Shown here: one piece after another, positions 24,367-35,609 of the stretch
How the letters are laid out: each line of letters starts with the position of its first letter
How positions within the stretch are numbered: position 1 is the first letter of the stretch
NCBI RefSeq assembly: GCF_000400465.1
Contig: NW_008806282.1
Location: forward strand, 144,001-206,000
Origin: Wallemia ichthyophaga EXF-994
Lineage: Eukaryota > Fungi > Basidiomycota
Direction of reading: 5' to 3'
Length of the DNA stretch: 62,000 bases
Made by a program: the position numbers and the translations under genes
Notes under the pieces: model-generated
Told to the model about the DNA's origin: nothing
What the model saw: only the letters and a program-made list of their open reading frames with translations
Databases searched by the model: none

Positions 24367-27300
24367 TCACTGGCTGAATATTAAGTTGAGATTAGCTATT
24401 CTCTCCTGTTTGTTTTCTTCTGATGATTTACCACCTAGCGCATTGTCAACGAGCGCAGTCTTGCGTTTCTGTATGTGCATAACGCGATCCTCTATGCTGT
24501 CTTGGATACAGAACCTCACAACGTGTACGTCTTTCTCTTGGCCGATTCTATGTACTCTATCAATAGCCTGCTTTTCGATGGCTTCGTTCCACCAGACGTC
24601 CATCATAAATACGTGGTTAGCGGAAGTAAGGTTGAGTCCCACACCACCAGCTCGCAAGCTGATGAGAAGGACTACACTATTATCACCTCTATCGAGATCA
24701 TTGAGTACTATCTCCCTATTCTTCTGTGACGTCGATCCATCCAGTCTTAAGAAATGAATCTTGTCCTTAATGAGCGAATCGCCAACTAGATCCAAGAAAG
24801 CTGTGAATTGTGAGAAAACGACAGCTTTGAATTTACCCTCCACTTCGCGCAATCGCTGTAAATGTCCAGTGAGAGCACGCAGTTTCGCTGAGGATTGAAA
24901 ATTGTGCGCCTTTCGCAACTTCACCACTTGGTCATTCTGGGATGTCGGTTCACCGTACACGACCTCAAGTAGTTGATCTGTGCGTATTGGGCCATTGCGG
25001 CAGACTGGACACGAAGTCATCTCCCCCTTGTCTTCTAATCTATCGAAGTATCCTAGAACGCATTGCTTGCAGCTGATGGGAGGTGGGTAAGAGGAGTCTA
25101 GGGTGCAATGTTATTCTCACCTCTTGTGCATACACGGAAGCAGAACAGGGATAGACATGTTCTCAAAACATATCTAAGACGTGTTAGTTTGTATAGCAAA
25201 TACAGTGTATACCCACAGGACACTCATTGTCCTCTTCACTCATGTCAGTCTGCTCATGAACTCCGTTCGCGAGTTCACTGAGTACCTGCTTGGCGTAATT
25301 GGAATCACCACCTGCGGCAAATTTTGCAATCATAGACTGTATGTCAATACCTGCAACACCACCATCATCGTCCTCCACTTCATCGCTCTCTGTGTCCTTC
25401 TTATTACCTCCGGATGTGACAAGAAACGGATGGAGAGCAGCTTGGCGAAGTCTGAGGAGCATTGCGAATATGTTACTGTAGCTTTTGAGCAACATCCCTT
25501 TATGACTCAAAGCATCGAACTTCCTCTTCGCTTTTTTAAAGATAGCGTTGTATATCTGTCTCTCCTCCGGGGAGAAATCGAGTTTCTCAACATTGACAAT
25601 CTTCTTGGGGAGTGTGACGATAGGTTTCCCATCGCTATCTCGCATGTTCTTCTCTCTCCGGAGCAGACAAGATGACATTATGACCTGGATCAGTTCTATA
25701 GCCTTGGGATCTTGGCTTGCAAATGGTGCGGTAATGAAACTCTTGAAGAAGGTGAAATCGGACCAAGGTTCAACTTTAAGGAATTTGAGCAGCGAGTAAA
25801 GGTCTTCGAGGCGATTGACAATCGGTGTGCCTGTGAGAGCCCATCTTCTGTAAGCAGCGATTTCGAATGCCGCCTTGGCATTGAGCGTCGATCTGTTTTT
25901 GATGTGGTGTGCCTCGTCAATTACAACTCTGTGCCAATAATAATCGAGAATCGTCGGTACGGTGACAGCCTCGTTGGAAGACTTTACGAATGTCTGGTAG
26001 TCGCTTATGAGAACACCATAGCTTGTTATTACGACATTGAAACAATTCGAGTAATCTATAACATTGCCATTCTCATCTTCAACTTTTGTGCGCTTTCTCA
26101 GTTGATTCTCAAGATTGCCTCGATTTTCGCCGTAGTATACAATGGTGCGAACAGAGCCTTTCGCAGAGCACCGCTCAATCTCGTCTCGCCACTGACCGAG
26201 CAGGGACATAGGAACGATGACGAGAGTAGTGTCATTGAGCGCCTTGAAACCCCCCGGCTGTCTGGATTGTGAGGGATTTTTAGCAGACGTAGATGTATTC
26301 TGCTTCCGTTTCTTCTTTGGCTTGCCATCTTCAGTGTCTCGGATTTCCTGGCTCTGACTGAGCTGATAATCGTTATCTGAATCGCTCTGATCGATCTTTA
26401 TAGGAGCAGATTTAGATTGTTTGCTCCCAACTGCGTCAATTCTCTGCTGCTTTCCTGGCTTGACTGTATTGATTTGTTTTTGGTGCCAAGACAAGTCTGA
26501 GTTTTTGTGGTGATGGAGAAGCGCTGCAATCATAATAGTCTTCCCCATACCCATTTCATCGCCCTGTATGCCACCTCTCAGAGTCTTGTTGGCAGATGGG
26601 AAAGTATCTGACAGCTCGCTCGAGTATGGATTGAAGTAAAAATACTCGGCATGAGTCGTGCTCTGCGGATGATCTCTGAATCGGTATCTAGAGAATTGGT
26701 TTACATGTCGCTATTACTTGCGAGAAAGTACTCACTTTTCCCAAAGAGGATGCATCGCTTGAGGATGTGGATCACACGACCGGCTTCTCCCGTTTTTCCC
26801 AATCTCCTCGCTTTCTCCACTCTCCATTGACGACATCCAGCTGAGCGCTTCCTTTTGGTAGTTGCGCAGTGTCAGATTGAAGCTGTCAGCGGCATCAATA
26901 GGCATCAAGTTCCTGCTAGTACCTCCAGCGCGGCTATAGACAGCTCGCAGCTGCTCGTCATCGACTTTGTCAGGGGTTTGAGAGCGATCGTGAGCGTTAT
27001 CGTGAGCTTGATCATGCTCATCGTCGCTGCTATCAATGTTGATAACGGACTTGTCCATCACATGCGTAGTTTTGGTGTTGTTTTTGACGGTGTTATCAGT
27101 GTCGGTGTCAGTGTTCGCAGTGTTCACGGTGTCAACGGAGTGTATCTGTGAAGCAGCTTGCTTGAAGTGGTCAATCTGGGATATGCCATTAAGGGCGCCT
27201 TTGCGACGATGCTGTTGGGTGACACTGCTGCTTTCAATCGGGCTCAAGCTGGTATGGTGGAACACTTTCATCAGAGCCTCCTGCCGTCCAGCAAGTTCTT

Positions 27301-28071
27301 TCTCCTGTTGGCTTTCCTCACTCTGAGATATCTTGCTGGCCTGTCCGTCTGTGTTGTTGCTGTTGCTTTTGCTGCTGTTCTTCTGTGCAAACGCTTTCGG
27401 GTGAAGATACACCTGTAGCGAGAGAATGATGGTATCACCACTGCGCAGCGTCTCGTCGCAATCCATCAACGTTCCAGTGAGCTCGATGATCTGCGTAGTG
27501 TTTAGTGTGGTGTTAGCGGGGTGCACTAAACGCAGTAATGATAACGTACCTGCTTATCGAGCAGTCTGCTCAGATACGACGTGTGGTTAGACGGTAGCCT
27601 ACCCACTTCAAACCCGCGCATGTTCCTAAATCTGCGAGGCCAGATTAGAATGGTTGCATGCGGCGATTAGGCTCACCTGATGATAGTGTTTTCTGATTTG
27701 TTTGAAGACTTGGCAGCGAATCCCTTCAAAGTTGATGTTTTGCCCTTGCCATTCTTTCCATTCTTGCCAGTCTTCTCCGCCTGCTTATTCTTATCTCTCT
27801 CTACCAGCACCTGCTCGCCACTGCGGGCATAACCTTTGCCGTTAACAGTGGACCAACCACTAATGATAATCTCGCCAATAAATCGATTATAGCGCGTTTC
27901 ATCTGTTTTCGCCGTTATCTCGACGACGTCTGTGTCTTCTCGACTGAGTTTGTCTTCGTGTTTACGTTTGGCAGGTGTGCTCGCGACTATCTCCAAATCA
28001 CTCTCGGTCTTATTGTTTTCTTCTTCCCACTCATCTCCAGAATCGAAGAAGAGCGGCGTATCTTGCGTCAT
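24367..28071 (-). CDS. RAD5: Rad5 HIRAN-SNF2-RING translocase / ubiquitin ligase
   Basis: HIRAN (FIGEIIISGWST), DEMGMGKT, DEAH, WALTGTPIVN, C3HC4 RING across two introns (CPICFENMSIPVLLPCMHKSCKQC...CPVC), SLRAGGVGLNLTSA, QAIDRVHRIGQ. Confidence 0.93.
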
Positions 28072-28099
28072 CAGTGGTCGTTGTCACAAAGAGACAGCC

Positions 28100-28107
28100 A
28101 CGCGAAA
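28100..28107. promoter_or_regulatory. MCB/SCB-like element ACGCGAAA upstream of RAD5
   Basis: About 29 nt upstream of the RAD5 ATG in a 96-nt gap. Confidence 0.3.
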
Positions 28108-28167
28108 CGCCAAATAAAAAATAAATATAAATCCAGCTTAAATAACTTAAATTATAAATCACCTCAA

Positions 28168-30294
28168 TCACCCCTCCATCTCGAGCTTCTTCTGTCGTTT
28201 TTGCCTCTCGCGCTTACCGATTTTCTTCTTCTTGGGTGGTTGAGGTAGTGCAGACGAATCGATATCGCCATCACCCTCGCGCGGCCTCTTTTTACCGTCA
28301 TGCTTATCATGCTTGCGGTGCTTGAAGTCTTTTGAATCTTCTCCCCATGCCGGTCTATCATTATTTACCTTATGTTTGAATTCTCGCACACGCGACATCA
28401 TCCCATTCGCATATTTTCCTTTACCAGAGTTAGCGATTCTATCTTTACGGTAGGGTGCCATTCTCTTCACGCGCATCAGTCGCGTCAGATCTCTGTCATC
28501 TGCCCGGAGTATCTCATCCGTGTTGAGACCATAGCTGTCAGGAACGACGTTTGTGTATTTGAATCTCGTCTTGAGATCTCCAATTGTATCTTCGTAATCG
28601 AGTTTGTAATACTCATCTAGCCACTTTTCAAGAGCTGCTTGTCTTTCCTCTGCTGTTGCTGGCATTGGTTCTTCTTCTTGTGGTTGATGTGTTAAGTGGT
28701 CAGCATCCATATCCATATCAACATCATCTTCATCGTATCCCTCTTTAGTTGCACCCTTGGCATCCGCTTTTGCCTTCTTCTTGGCCTTCTTACGCTCACG
28801 TTTCGACATGGTGACCTTTCCGTCGTTTTGGTCATCTTGGTCATTATAGTCCGCATCCATGTTGATCGGTGTGGAGTCATCCTGTGGGTCATCCTGTGCG
28901 ACGATATCGTCAATATCAATATCATCCTCCCACTGCGGTTTTTCCTCGTCAAATTCACCCTCGTCACCCTCCTCATCATACTCATTCTCATATGCATCCC
29001 GCATAGCTTTATCGTGAGCTTCCGGATCAAACTCTGCATCAAGATCTAAGTGTTCAAATTTGGCAGCATCTTCACCAATAGCAGCAAGACGAGATTTAAT
29101 GTCATCTTTCTTAAGTGATTTGAGACGCTTAAGGTCCTCTTCACGTTGACGCTTTTCAACCTCCTTGCGCTCCTTTTTGGATGCACGCTGTTCTTTCCTC
29201 TTGTTGTCAGAACGACGAACAGTAGATTCAAGTTGTCTTGAGTGGGTTTTGATGTCATCAGCATTGGGTTCTTCAAAGCGAAAGTTATATCTATGTTCAA
29301 AGTCATCTGCATAGTCTTCAAAATCATCGTCATCTTCGAGGAGCTCATTGTCAGCGTTTGCACCGGATAAATTAAAAGAGTGACCCTTTTCAGCAGCTTT
29401 TTGGTTGGAAATTGGGACATCTTTTGGTACAGAGGTTGAAGAACCAGGCATCCAGCCCTGATTCAAGATGTAATCCATTAAAAATTGATCGTCTTTAGCT
29501 TTTTGATAGGCTTTTGAGGGTGTTTTGAGTGATTTTTCTTGGTTGTCTGGTTTTTCAGATTTAGCAGCTTTCTTGGCCAGCTTCTTTTCTTCTTTTGTGG
29601 GATTGGGATTGGATGCGTTGTCGATCTCTTGCTGAGTGCTAGATATACGCACATCATCCAAACCCAAAGCTTTTCTAATCTCATCTTCACCGACGTTATC
29701 GAGGAGGAATTTCTTGTAAGAGTTGCGTGATTGAAAGTCGTCGTCATCTTCAACAGATTTAGGCTTAAGGAAGTCATCTTGGTCTTCGTTGTCGTCATTA
29801 CCGCTGTGAAAAGCGGAAGTTACTTCTTTCTTGAGGTTCCTCTGTTCTTGGGCGTGGGTGGGGAGGGTGACAGGGTTGTTATCGTCATCACCCTCTTCAT
29901 CACTACCAAAATCACCTTTAAGGAGTTTCTGCCTCTCAAAATCAGCGAGGGTAACTGGTTTGCCTGATAATTTGGTACGCTTAGAGGTGAGTTGAGCAGC
30001 TTTATCTTTCAAAGCTGCCTGTTCCTCCTCGAAAACCTTTTTATCAGAGTAGATGGAGGGATCTTTAGATTTTAAGAGAGAGAGAGTTTTGAGGAGAGCA
30101 GCATCGATATCCGGGGTTAGCTGATCGCCCTGCTCATCCTCGTCAGACTGATCACTATCACTCGATTCATCTGATTCCTCCTTGTATTTCTCTTGTAAGC
30201 GCTGTAACTCTGCTCTCTTGTGATTATGTGTAAATCTATCTGCAAATTCCTTGTTTATCGATAAATCATCCACGCCATCCAAATCCAAATCCAT
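28168..30294 (-). CDS. KRI1: Kri1 (40S ribosome biogenesis)
   Basis: Intronless 708 aa. FEHRYNFRFEEP, LDEYYKLDYED, KTRFKY, YGLNTDEILRADD, MAPYR. Confidence 0.9.
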   Translation of the reverse strand: MDLDLDGVDDLSINKEFADRFTHNHKRAELQRLQEKYKEESDESSDSDQSDEDEQGDQLTPDIDAALLKTLSLLKSKDPSIYSDKKVFEEEQAALKDKAAQLTSKRTKLSGKPVTLADFERQKLLKGDFGSDEEGDDDNNPVTLPTHAQEQRNLKKEVTSAFHSGNDDNEDQDDFLKPKSVEDDDDFQSRNSYKKFLLDNVGEDEIRKALGLDDVRISSTQQEIDNASNPNPTKEEKKLAKKAAKSEKPDNQEKSLKTPSKAYQKAKDDQFLMDYILNQGWMPGSSTSVPKDVPISNQKAAEKGHSFNLSGANADNELLEDDDDFEDYADDFEHRYNFRFEEPNADDIKTHSRQLESTVRRSDNKRKEQRASKKERKEVEKRQREEDLKRLKSLKKDDIKSRLAAIGEDAAKFEHLDLDAEFDPEAHDKAMRDAYENEYDEEGDEGEFDEEKPQWEDDIDIDDIVAQDDPQDDSTPINMDADYNDQDDQNDGKVTMSKRERKKAKKKAKADAKGATKEGYDEDDVDMDMDADHLTHQPQEEEPMPATAEERQAALEKWLDEYYKLDYEDTIGDLKTRFKYTNVVPDSYGLNTDEILRADDRDLTRLMRVKRMAPYRKDRIANSGKGKYANGMMSRVREFKHKVNNDRPAWGEDSKDFKHRKHDKHDGKKRPREGDGDIDSSALPQPPKKKKIGKRERQKRQKKLEMEG

Positions 30295-30377
30295 CTTCGT
30301 GCTCGTCGTGCTCTTTGAACCCGTAACATCAACTTATAAAATATAAAAATATAAAAAAATAATCAAAATTTAAAATT

Positions 30378-32304
30378 ATGTCCACTGGCTCCACTCGCTC
30401 ATCAGAGGATGGCGATATAGGCACTCTCCCCAGCCCATCTACCTACGACATGGATAGGCTGGTCGACAATGTAAATCTAAAGAGATTCTCTCTTAAGCCC
30501 AGGTATAGTCGGAGGCTATCTAATCACAGATTATCTTATCTTAATCCATCCAATCCATCGAAACCATCCGGGTCATCCAATCTCAGCCCAGTACCTTCAC
30601 AGCCACAGCCACCACCCCCGAAATCGATCGATGAAATTATAAGAACCCATTCACCTCTACTAAACGTTAAAACCCAGGCTGAAAAAGACGCTGACTCTCT
30701 TTTGCCCGATAAGAATCCACCCACTCCGCCCATAAAGTCTATCAATGACATCATCAACCAGCACTACTCCTCTCTATCTAGCAGGCATGTCACCTACGAT
30801 GACAGTGAAAGTGGTGGTGACAGTGGTATTGAAAGTGGTGGTGATGGTGATGGTGATGGTAATAGCGATAGTGAAACTGACAGCCACAAACCCACACCCA
30901 TTCCCACCACTCCTACACCCACTCCCTCCCTCGCCCCCAAATCCTGGATCGCCCAATACCTCCGCCAACCGCAACTAACGCGACTGCTCAAGCTACGCCG
31001 TCATCCCCACTCTGGTCTCCAAGTATCCCTATGCGATTTAGGCGACAGCAGAGGCAACCCTGTTCTAATTTACCTAGGGCTCGGCTGTACGCGTCATCTG
31101 ATAGCGCTCTACGCCGATCTAGCGAGCACGCTCAACCTGCGCCTAATCTGCGTTGACCGGTGGGGGTTAGGCCGCACGGACGCGTCCACCTCTACGCAGC
31201 GAGGGCTACTCGAATGGGCGAGTGTGATAGAGGAGGTTCTCGATAGCCTCCGCATTCAACGCGTAGCCCTTCTCGCTCACTCCGCCGGTGCGCCGTATGC
31301 GCTTGCACTCGCCCACGCCGCTCCCCAACGCATAGCTCTGCCTATCACCCTCCTCGCGCCGTGGGTGCATACGGAGACGCACACCAGTGCTGGTCGCTGG
31401 CTCAGACATGTCCCGAAGCCCCTCCTACGCGCAGCTCAGGTGGCTGAGTGGACAGTCGCCGGCTGGAGTATTGGCAAGCCGCCCCAAGTCAAGTATGAGG
31501 GTGTTGAGGGGGGTGTGGGCTTGAGTGTGGGTGGGGGAGTTAGTGGGACTAGCGACCACAACAACAACAATAACACTAACACCAATGCTCTTGATAGCGG
31601 CGTCGAAAGGAGCCACTCGCATCCTACTGTTCCTACTGTCTCCAAGCTAGCTGGTGCGTATCTTTTTATATTTGCGTTTGAGTGCGTTGAATTCTCATTG
31701 ACCACCCCACACAGCGCACTCAACCCACTCAACACACCCCAGTATCAGGTCCTCCAGCGCTAATAGCGTCAGACGTCTGCGCAAAGTGTCGCTTGTTAAT
31801 AGCAGCCGGAGCAGCAGCAGTAGTAGTAGCAGTGGTGGCAGCATTCGTAGCAGTTATAACAACAACAACGAGAGCAACAAAAATGGCACACATAGGCCAT
31901 TCAATACACTCAACGTGCCCACCACACCAAATGCACCCAACAAACCCATCGCAAACACACTCACTCACAGCGAAGAAAAACAGGTCTCCGTCGGAAGCGC
32001 CCTGCTCGCAGCTTCGCATGCCGAGTCACATTCAGGCGGCGGGCCTGCACATGACCTCCTCCTCATACTCAACCGCGGTGCTAAACCGTGGGGATTCGAT
32101 TACCGGGATATCTCAGCAAGCGTGCACGTCTACTGGGGAGACAAGGACGATAGGATCTCTGAAGATGCCGTGCAATGGATGGAAGAGAACATGACTAGTT
32201 GCAAACTAACTAAACTACCAGGCAAGACGCATTCATTGCTGACTGATCCCATTGTCATTGCAGATGTGTTGGAGAATTTGGCTGACAAGTACAGTACGAG
32301 ATGA
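30378..32304 (+). CDS. Alpha/beta hydrolase with Pro/Ser-rich N-terminus
   Basis: DRWGLGRT, nucleophile elbow AHSAG, YWGDKDDRI, C-terminal His (GKTHSLL); one intron near 31650-31715. Confidence 0.85.
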
Positions 32305-32398
32305 GTTAGTATAGATAATTGATAATTGATAGACATACCCAAATTAAATTGGATTAATTGTATTTTTACACATACATTACAACTTATATAATTGACAT

Positions 32399-34201
32399 TT
32401 ACTCGGCATTTGCGCGCTCAATATCCACCCAACTCTCCAGCGAGTAGTTGAGTTTGTTGAGGTCCTTCCAATCATGCCGGGCCACTGAGCCCGTTTCATC
32501 CCACTCCCAGGCCGTGCTCATCAAGCTCGCGTCAGTCGGTGACCAGCTGACGTCACGAACGATAGGGCGCCTGGCACGAGCGCGACCGGAAGCAGGAGCA
32601 GAAGTATTTCTGACACTCGCACCAGCCGCTTCAGGTGCGCTAGGATCGTTAAATTCGCCACTCGCATCCACCATATCCAATGCACTCTTACGATCAACAA
32701 CCTGCACTAGCTCACCAGAGACGTTCCAGATATAAATATTCCCATCAGCTGAACCCGAATACACATAGCGACCACCGGTGGTATCGTCCGGGGAGAAGCG
32801 AGCGCGTATGAGGGTGCGCGCGACAGTGTGACCCTGTAGTCTAACGAGGGAGTGATCCTGTGGATGAGCGTCGTACGCGGGTTTGGGTGTGAATGAACTC
32901 CTATAATCGTAACCTGGTATACTGAAGTTTTCCGGTGGGGCTACTTTATCGGAATCGTCGAAATCGTCACTGCTCACCATTCTCCGTAGATCCCAAATAC
33001 GCACAGAGGAGTCTTTACCGTTGGTGAGTACATTTCGCTCGTTGCCTTTCGGAGACACATACGTAATGCCCTCGGTATGTCCAACTAGCACCCCCGATGG
33101 CTTTGCGTGGCTCGTCAATGCACGTCGGTCCCACACCTTGGCCACACAATCGTCCGACCCCGACACGCAGATGTTGGAGGAAACATCAGCGAAACAAACC
33201 GCATTTACATCCGCCATGTGCCCCTCGAGCGAGAGGAGCTTCTTGCGCGCTTCGACGTCGTACACATACATTGTGCCGTCAGCAGCTCCAGCGACTATTT
33301 CCTTGCAGTCACTAGAGAACCTCACAGACCATATTCCATAACCATACCCGTAGTCATCTGCGCCGTCATCGCTGAACGACAGTGGGATAGGCTGGGCGGG
33401 ATTGTTTAGGTTGACAAGATGAGCTACAGGCGAAATGCGCGAATATACCAGCCATTCCTTGTTATGCGACAGGTTGGCATCCGTCACAGTCCATCCGGAG
33501 GGATTGGCGGAGACGCGTGCAAGATAGCCCATAGTAGTCTCATGCTCCTCGACATAAAACTCATCCTCGCCCTGCATGCCCGAGTGAGGTGCCCGCAGAG
33601 GCTCTTGAGGCTTGTAAACGTTAATGTTAAAGTTCCTGTCGGCGGTATAAAAGAGCTGGCCATCGCGGCTGTGCTCGCCGGAGTAGACAGGTGCGTTATT
33701 GCGTGCGACGACACACCCACTCGAGTTAGGCACAACAGCGAGATATTCCGGCCGTAATCGACTCTGCAGTCGTGTCCGATTCCTTATGCTCCCTTGGAGG
33801 GACACGGGCGTGCGTGTGCACCCGAACATGCCACTTTGCGCCAGCTTGACTCCCTCAGGCTGGGTAGTTGACGGTGTGGGGACGTATCGCTGTGACATAT
33901 CGGGCATGCGCGCCTGCCACATTAACCCATCGCCGTCGTCGCTCACGAATACATGTCGACCAGTTCCGGCACGTGCATTGCGAAGGAGCATCTGCAGTAT
34001 CGACAGCCGCGCACCGTGGTCTCCGTCTTCATCAGCTATCTCGTCATTCGTCGAATCCTGCAGTAGCATGTCGTCGAGCAGCGCCTGCGATGAGCGCCGT
34101 TGGAGCACTTGATCCATGTCTATGAAATCATCTGAATCCTCGTCGTAGCTGCCGTCGTAGTAGCTTTCTTCGTCGTCGCTTGCTGCATTTATTTCGCTCA
34201 T
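32399..34201 (-). CDS. WD40 protein, DCAF11/LEC14B(WDR23)-like
   Basis: Acidic N-terminus followed by WD repeats: GIWSVRFS, GHMADVNAVCFAD, SGSDDCVAKVWDRR, GHTEGITYV, GHTVARTLIRARFSP, VRDVSWSP. Confidence 0.8.
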   Translation of the reverse strand: MSEINAASDDEESYYDGSYDEDSDDFIDMDQVLQRRSSQALLDDMLLQDSTNDEIADEDGDHGARLSILQMLLRNARAGTGRHVFVSDDGDGLMWQARMPDMSQRYVPTPSTTQPEGVKLAQSGMFGCTRTPVSLQGSIRNRTRLQSRLRPEYLAVVPNSSGCVVARNNAPVYSGEHSRDGQLFYTADRNFNINVYKPQEPLRAPHSGMQGEDEFYVEEHETTMGYLARVSANPSGWTVTDANLSHNKEWLVYSRISPVAHLVNLNNPAQPIPLSFSDDGADDYGYGYGIWSVRFSSDCKEIVAGAADGTMYVYDVEARKKLLSLEGHMADVNAVCFADVSSNICVSGSDDCVAKVWDRRALTSHAKPSGVLVGHTEGITYVSPKGNERNVLTNGKDSSVRIWDLRRMVSSDDFDDSDKVAPPENFSIPGYDYRSSFTPKPAYDAHPQDHSLVRLQGHTVARTLIRARFSPDDTTGGRYVYSGSADGNIYIWNVSGELVQVVDRKSALDMVDASGEFNDPSAPEAAGASVRNTSAPASGRARARRPIVRDVSWSPTDASLMSTAWEWDETGSVARHDWKDLNKLNYSLESWVDIERANAE

Positions 34202-34372
34202 CACGGTTCGGTGGCAAAGCCATGACACCATCACAGGCACCAGAGCAATATCGAGAATATGGCGTCTGCATGTGTGTTTGTGTGTATGTTTATGTGTATT
34301 TATATTTATATTTCGCATATTTCGTGTATCGCATATATTATCTGGAACGCATCCACAAGTGTCTCAACATGG

Positions 34373-35533
34373 CTACACCCTCCACTGTCCGTAAAGGATT
34401 CCTCTAGAGATAGAGAACGGTATCATATCAGGCGTACACAGCCCCGAGCTCACGAACTCGTCGAGGAACGGTCTGCTAGTGATGCCTACGAAGATAGCCG
34501 TGTAGATATAACCGAGCAGCTTTCTAGATGAGGTAGCAGGCGACTGCGCGAGTGTGTTCCCGAACACGAGATACTCCACTACAATGCCGACAGCCTGTAC
34601 GACAAAGAAGCAGAACTGACCGCGGCCCAGTCCCGCCAGAACATATGCACCCATCGCGTGACTGGCGCCCGTGAGGCTGAATGCGACTACCAGCTTCACA
34701 GGTACGTGTGCGCGCTCTGGAAACACGCTAGCTATGTTGTCGCCGTAGAATTTGATCGTCTGTCGGAATACACTGTGCCACCCAACAGCCCATAGCCGCC
34801 CTATCGACCACGCTTCAGTTAGGTTGAAGAAGGGCGGCCAGTCGCGCGGACTGCTCACTCCAACACCGACACATACCACCGATGCGCTCAGATTGAACGC
34901 GTTGATGGCAGAGTAAGCGACGCCGCCGAAAAATGCCAAGTGGAATGCTTGTAAGAGGACTGGCTGCGCGGCTATCGGACGCAGTGTGAGTATGTCGTAG
35001 GGCGGAGTGTGCAAGTATGTCTCGAATGCATCTATGATGAGGATGTGCATCGCTATAACAGCAAGACGCTCGGCTATAAACCGCTTCCAAGTCTTGTCAC
35101 CCTCCGTTTCTACACCCTGCTTATCGATCCGACGCGCCCATTTCCAGTGTATGCCGCGTGGATTTGAGAGGAGATCGGCAAAGAACACAATTCTCTCCCA
35201 CAACCCAGCCGGAGGAGGTCGCTCAATTCCCCGCGCATCTAACTTGACGAGCCTTTTCTCCACATCGACGCTAAGCAGATATCCCGCTATCATGAGAGCG
35301 TATATCTGCGCATTGCCAACCATGTACGCACTGATCGGATCGGGTTGGCGGAGATATACCAGTGGATATACTGTCGTGGCGAAACACACGGGTATGCCTA
35401 TGATTCTGCGCAGATGCAGCGGGAGGAATAGCAGCGAGCCTGTTATCACAATATACGGCAGAGGCAATAGCCAGAGAGCTGCCACTGGTTTCGAAGTGTC
35501 CAGCTCGGGTAGCTGCGGTGGTGCGAGCCTCAT
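34373..35533 (-). CDS. MBOAT_2 (wax synthase/Tri7-like) membrane O-acyltransferase
   Basis: Intronless 386 aa, multi-TM. NPRGIHWKW, DWPPFF, WAVGWHSVFR, AFSLTGASH (catalytic His position). Confidence 0.8.
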   Translation of the reverse strand: MRLAPPQLPELDTSKPVAALWLLPLPYIVITGSLLFLPLHLRRIIGIPVCFATTVYPLVYLRQPDPISAYMVGNAQIYALMIAGYLLSVDVEKRLVKLDARGIERPPPAGLWERIVFFADLLSNPRGIHWKWARRIDKQGVETEGDKTWKRFIAERLAVIAMHILIIDAFETYLHTPPYDILTLRPIAAQPVLLQAFHLAFFGGVAYSAINAFNLSASVVCVGVGVSSPRDWPPFFNLTEAWSIGRLWAVGWHSVFRQTIKFYGDNIASVFPERAHVPVKLVVAFSLTGASHAMGAYVLAGLGRGQFCFFVVQAVGIVVEYLVFGNTLAQSPATSSRKLLGYIYTAIFVGITSRPFLDEFVSSGLCTPDMIPFSISRGILYGQWRV

Positions 35534-35609
35534 AAACGTAAAGAATCAACAATATAATCATTCATCAACACAATCAATACATTCTCCACTGCTTCATTAT
35601 ACTTATTAA

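Noticed and set aside
26545-26580. RAD5 motif I region GGIQGDEMGMGKT instead of GGILADEMGLGKT
   Set aside because: The essential D-E-x-G-x-G-K-T residues are retained, and there is no sign of inactivation.
34265-34345. TG/TA-rich low-complexity tract creating a long N-terminal ORF extension of the WD40 gene
   Set aside because: Simple sequence in a promoter/terminator gap; the likely start is ATG 34201.
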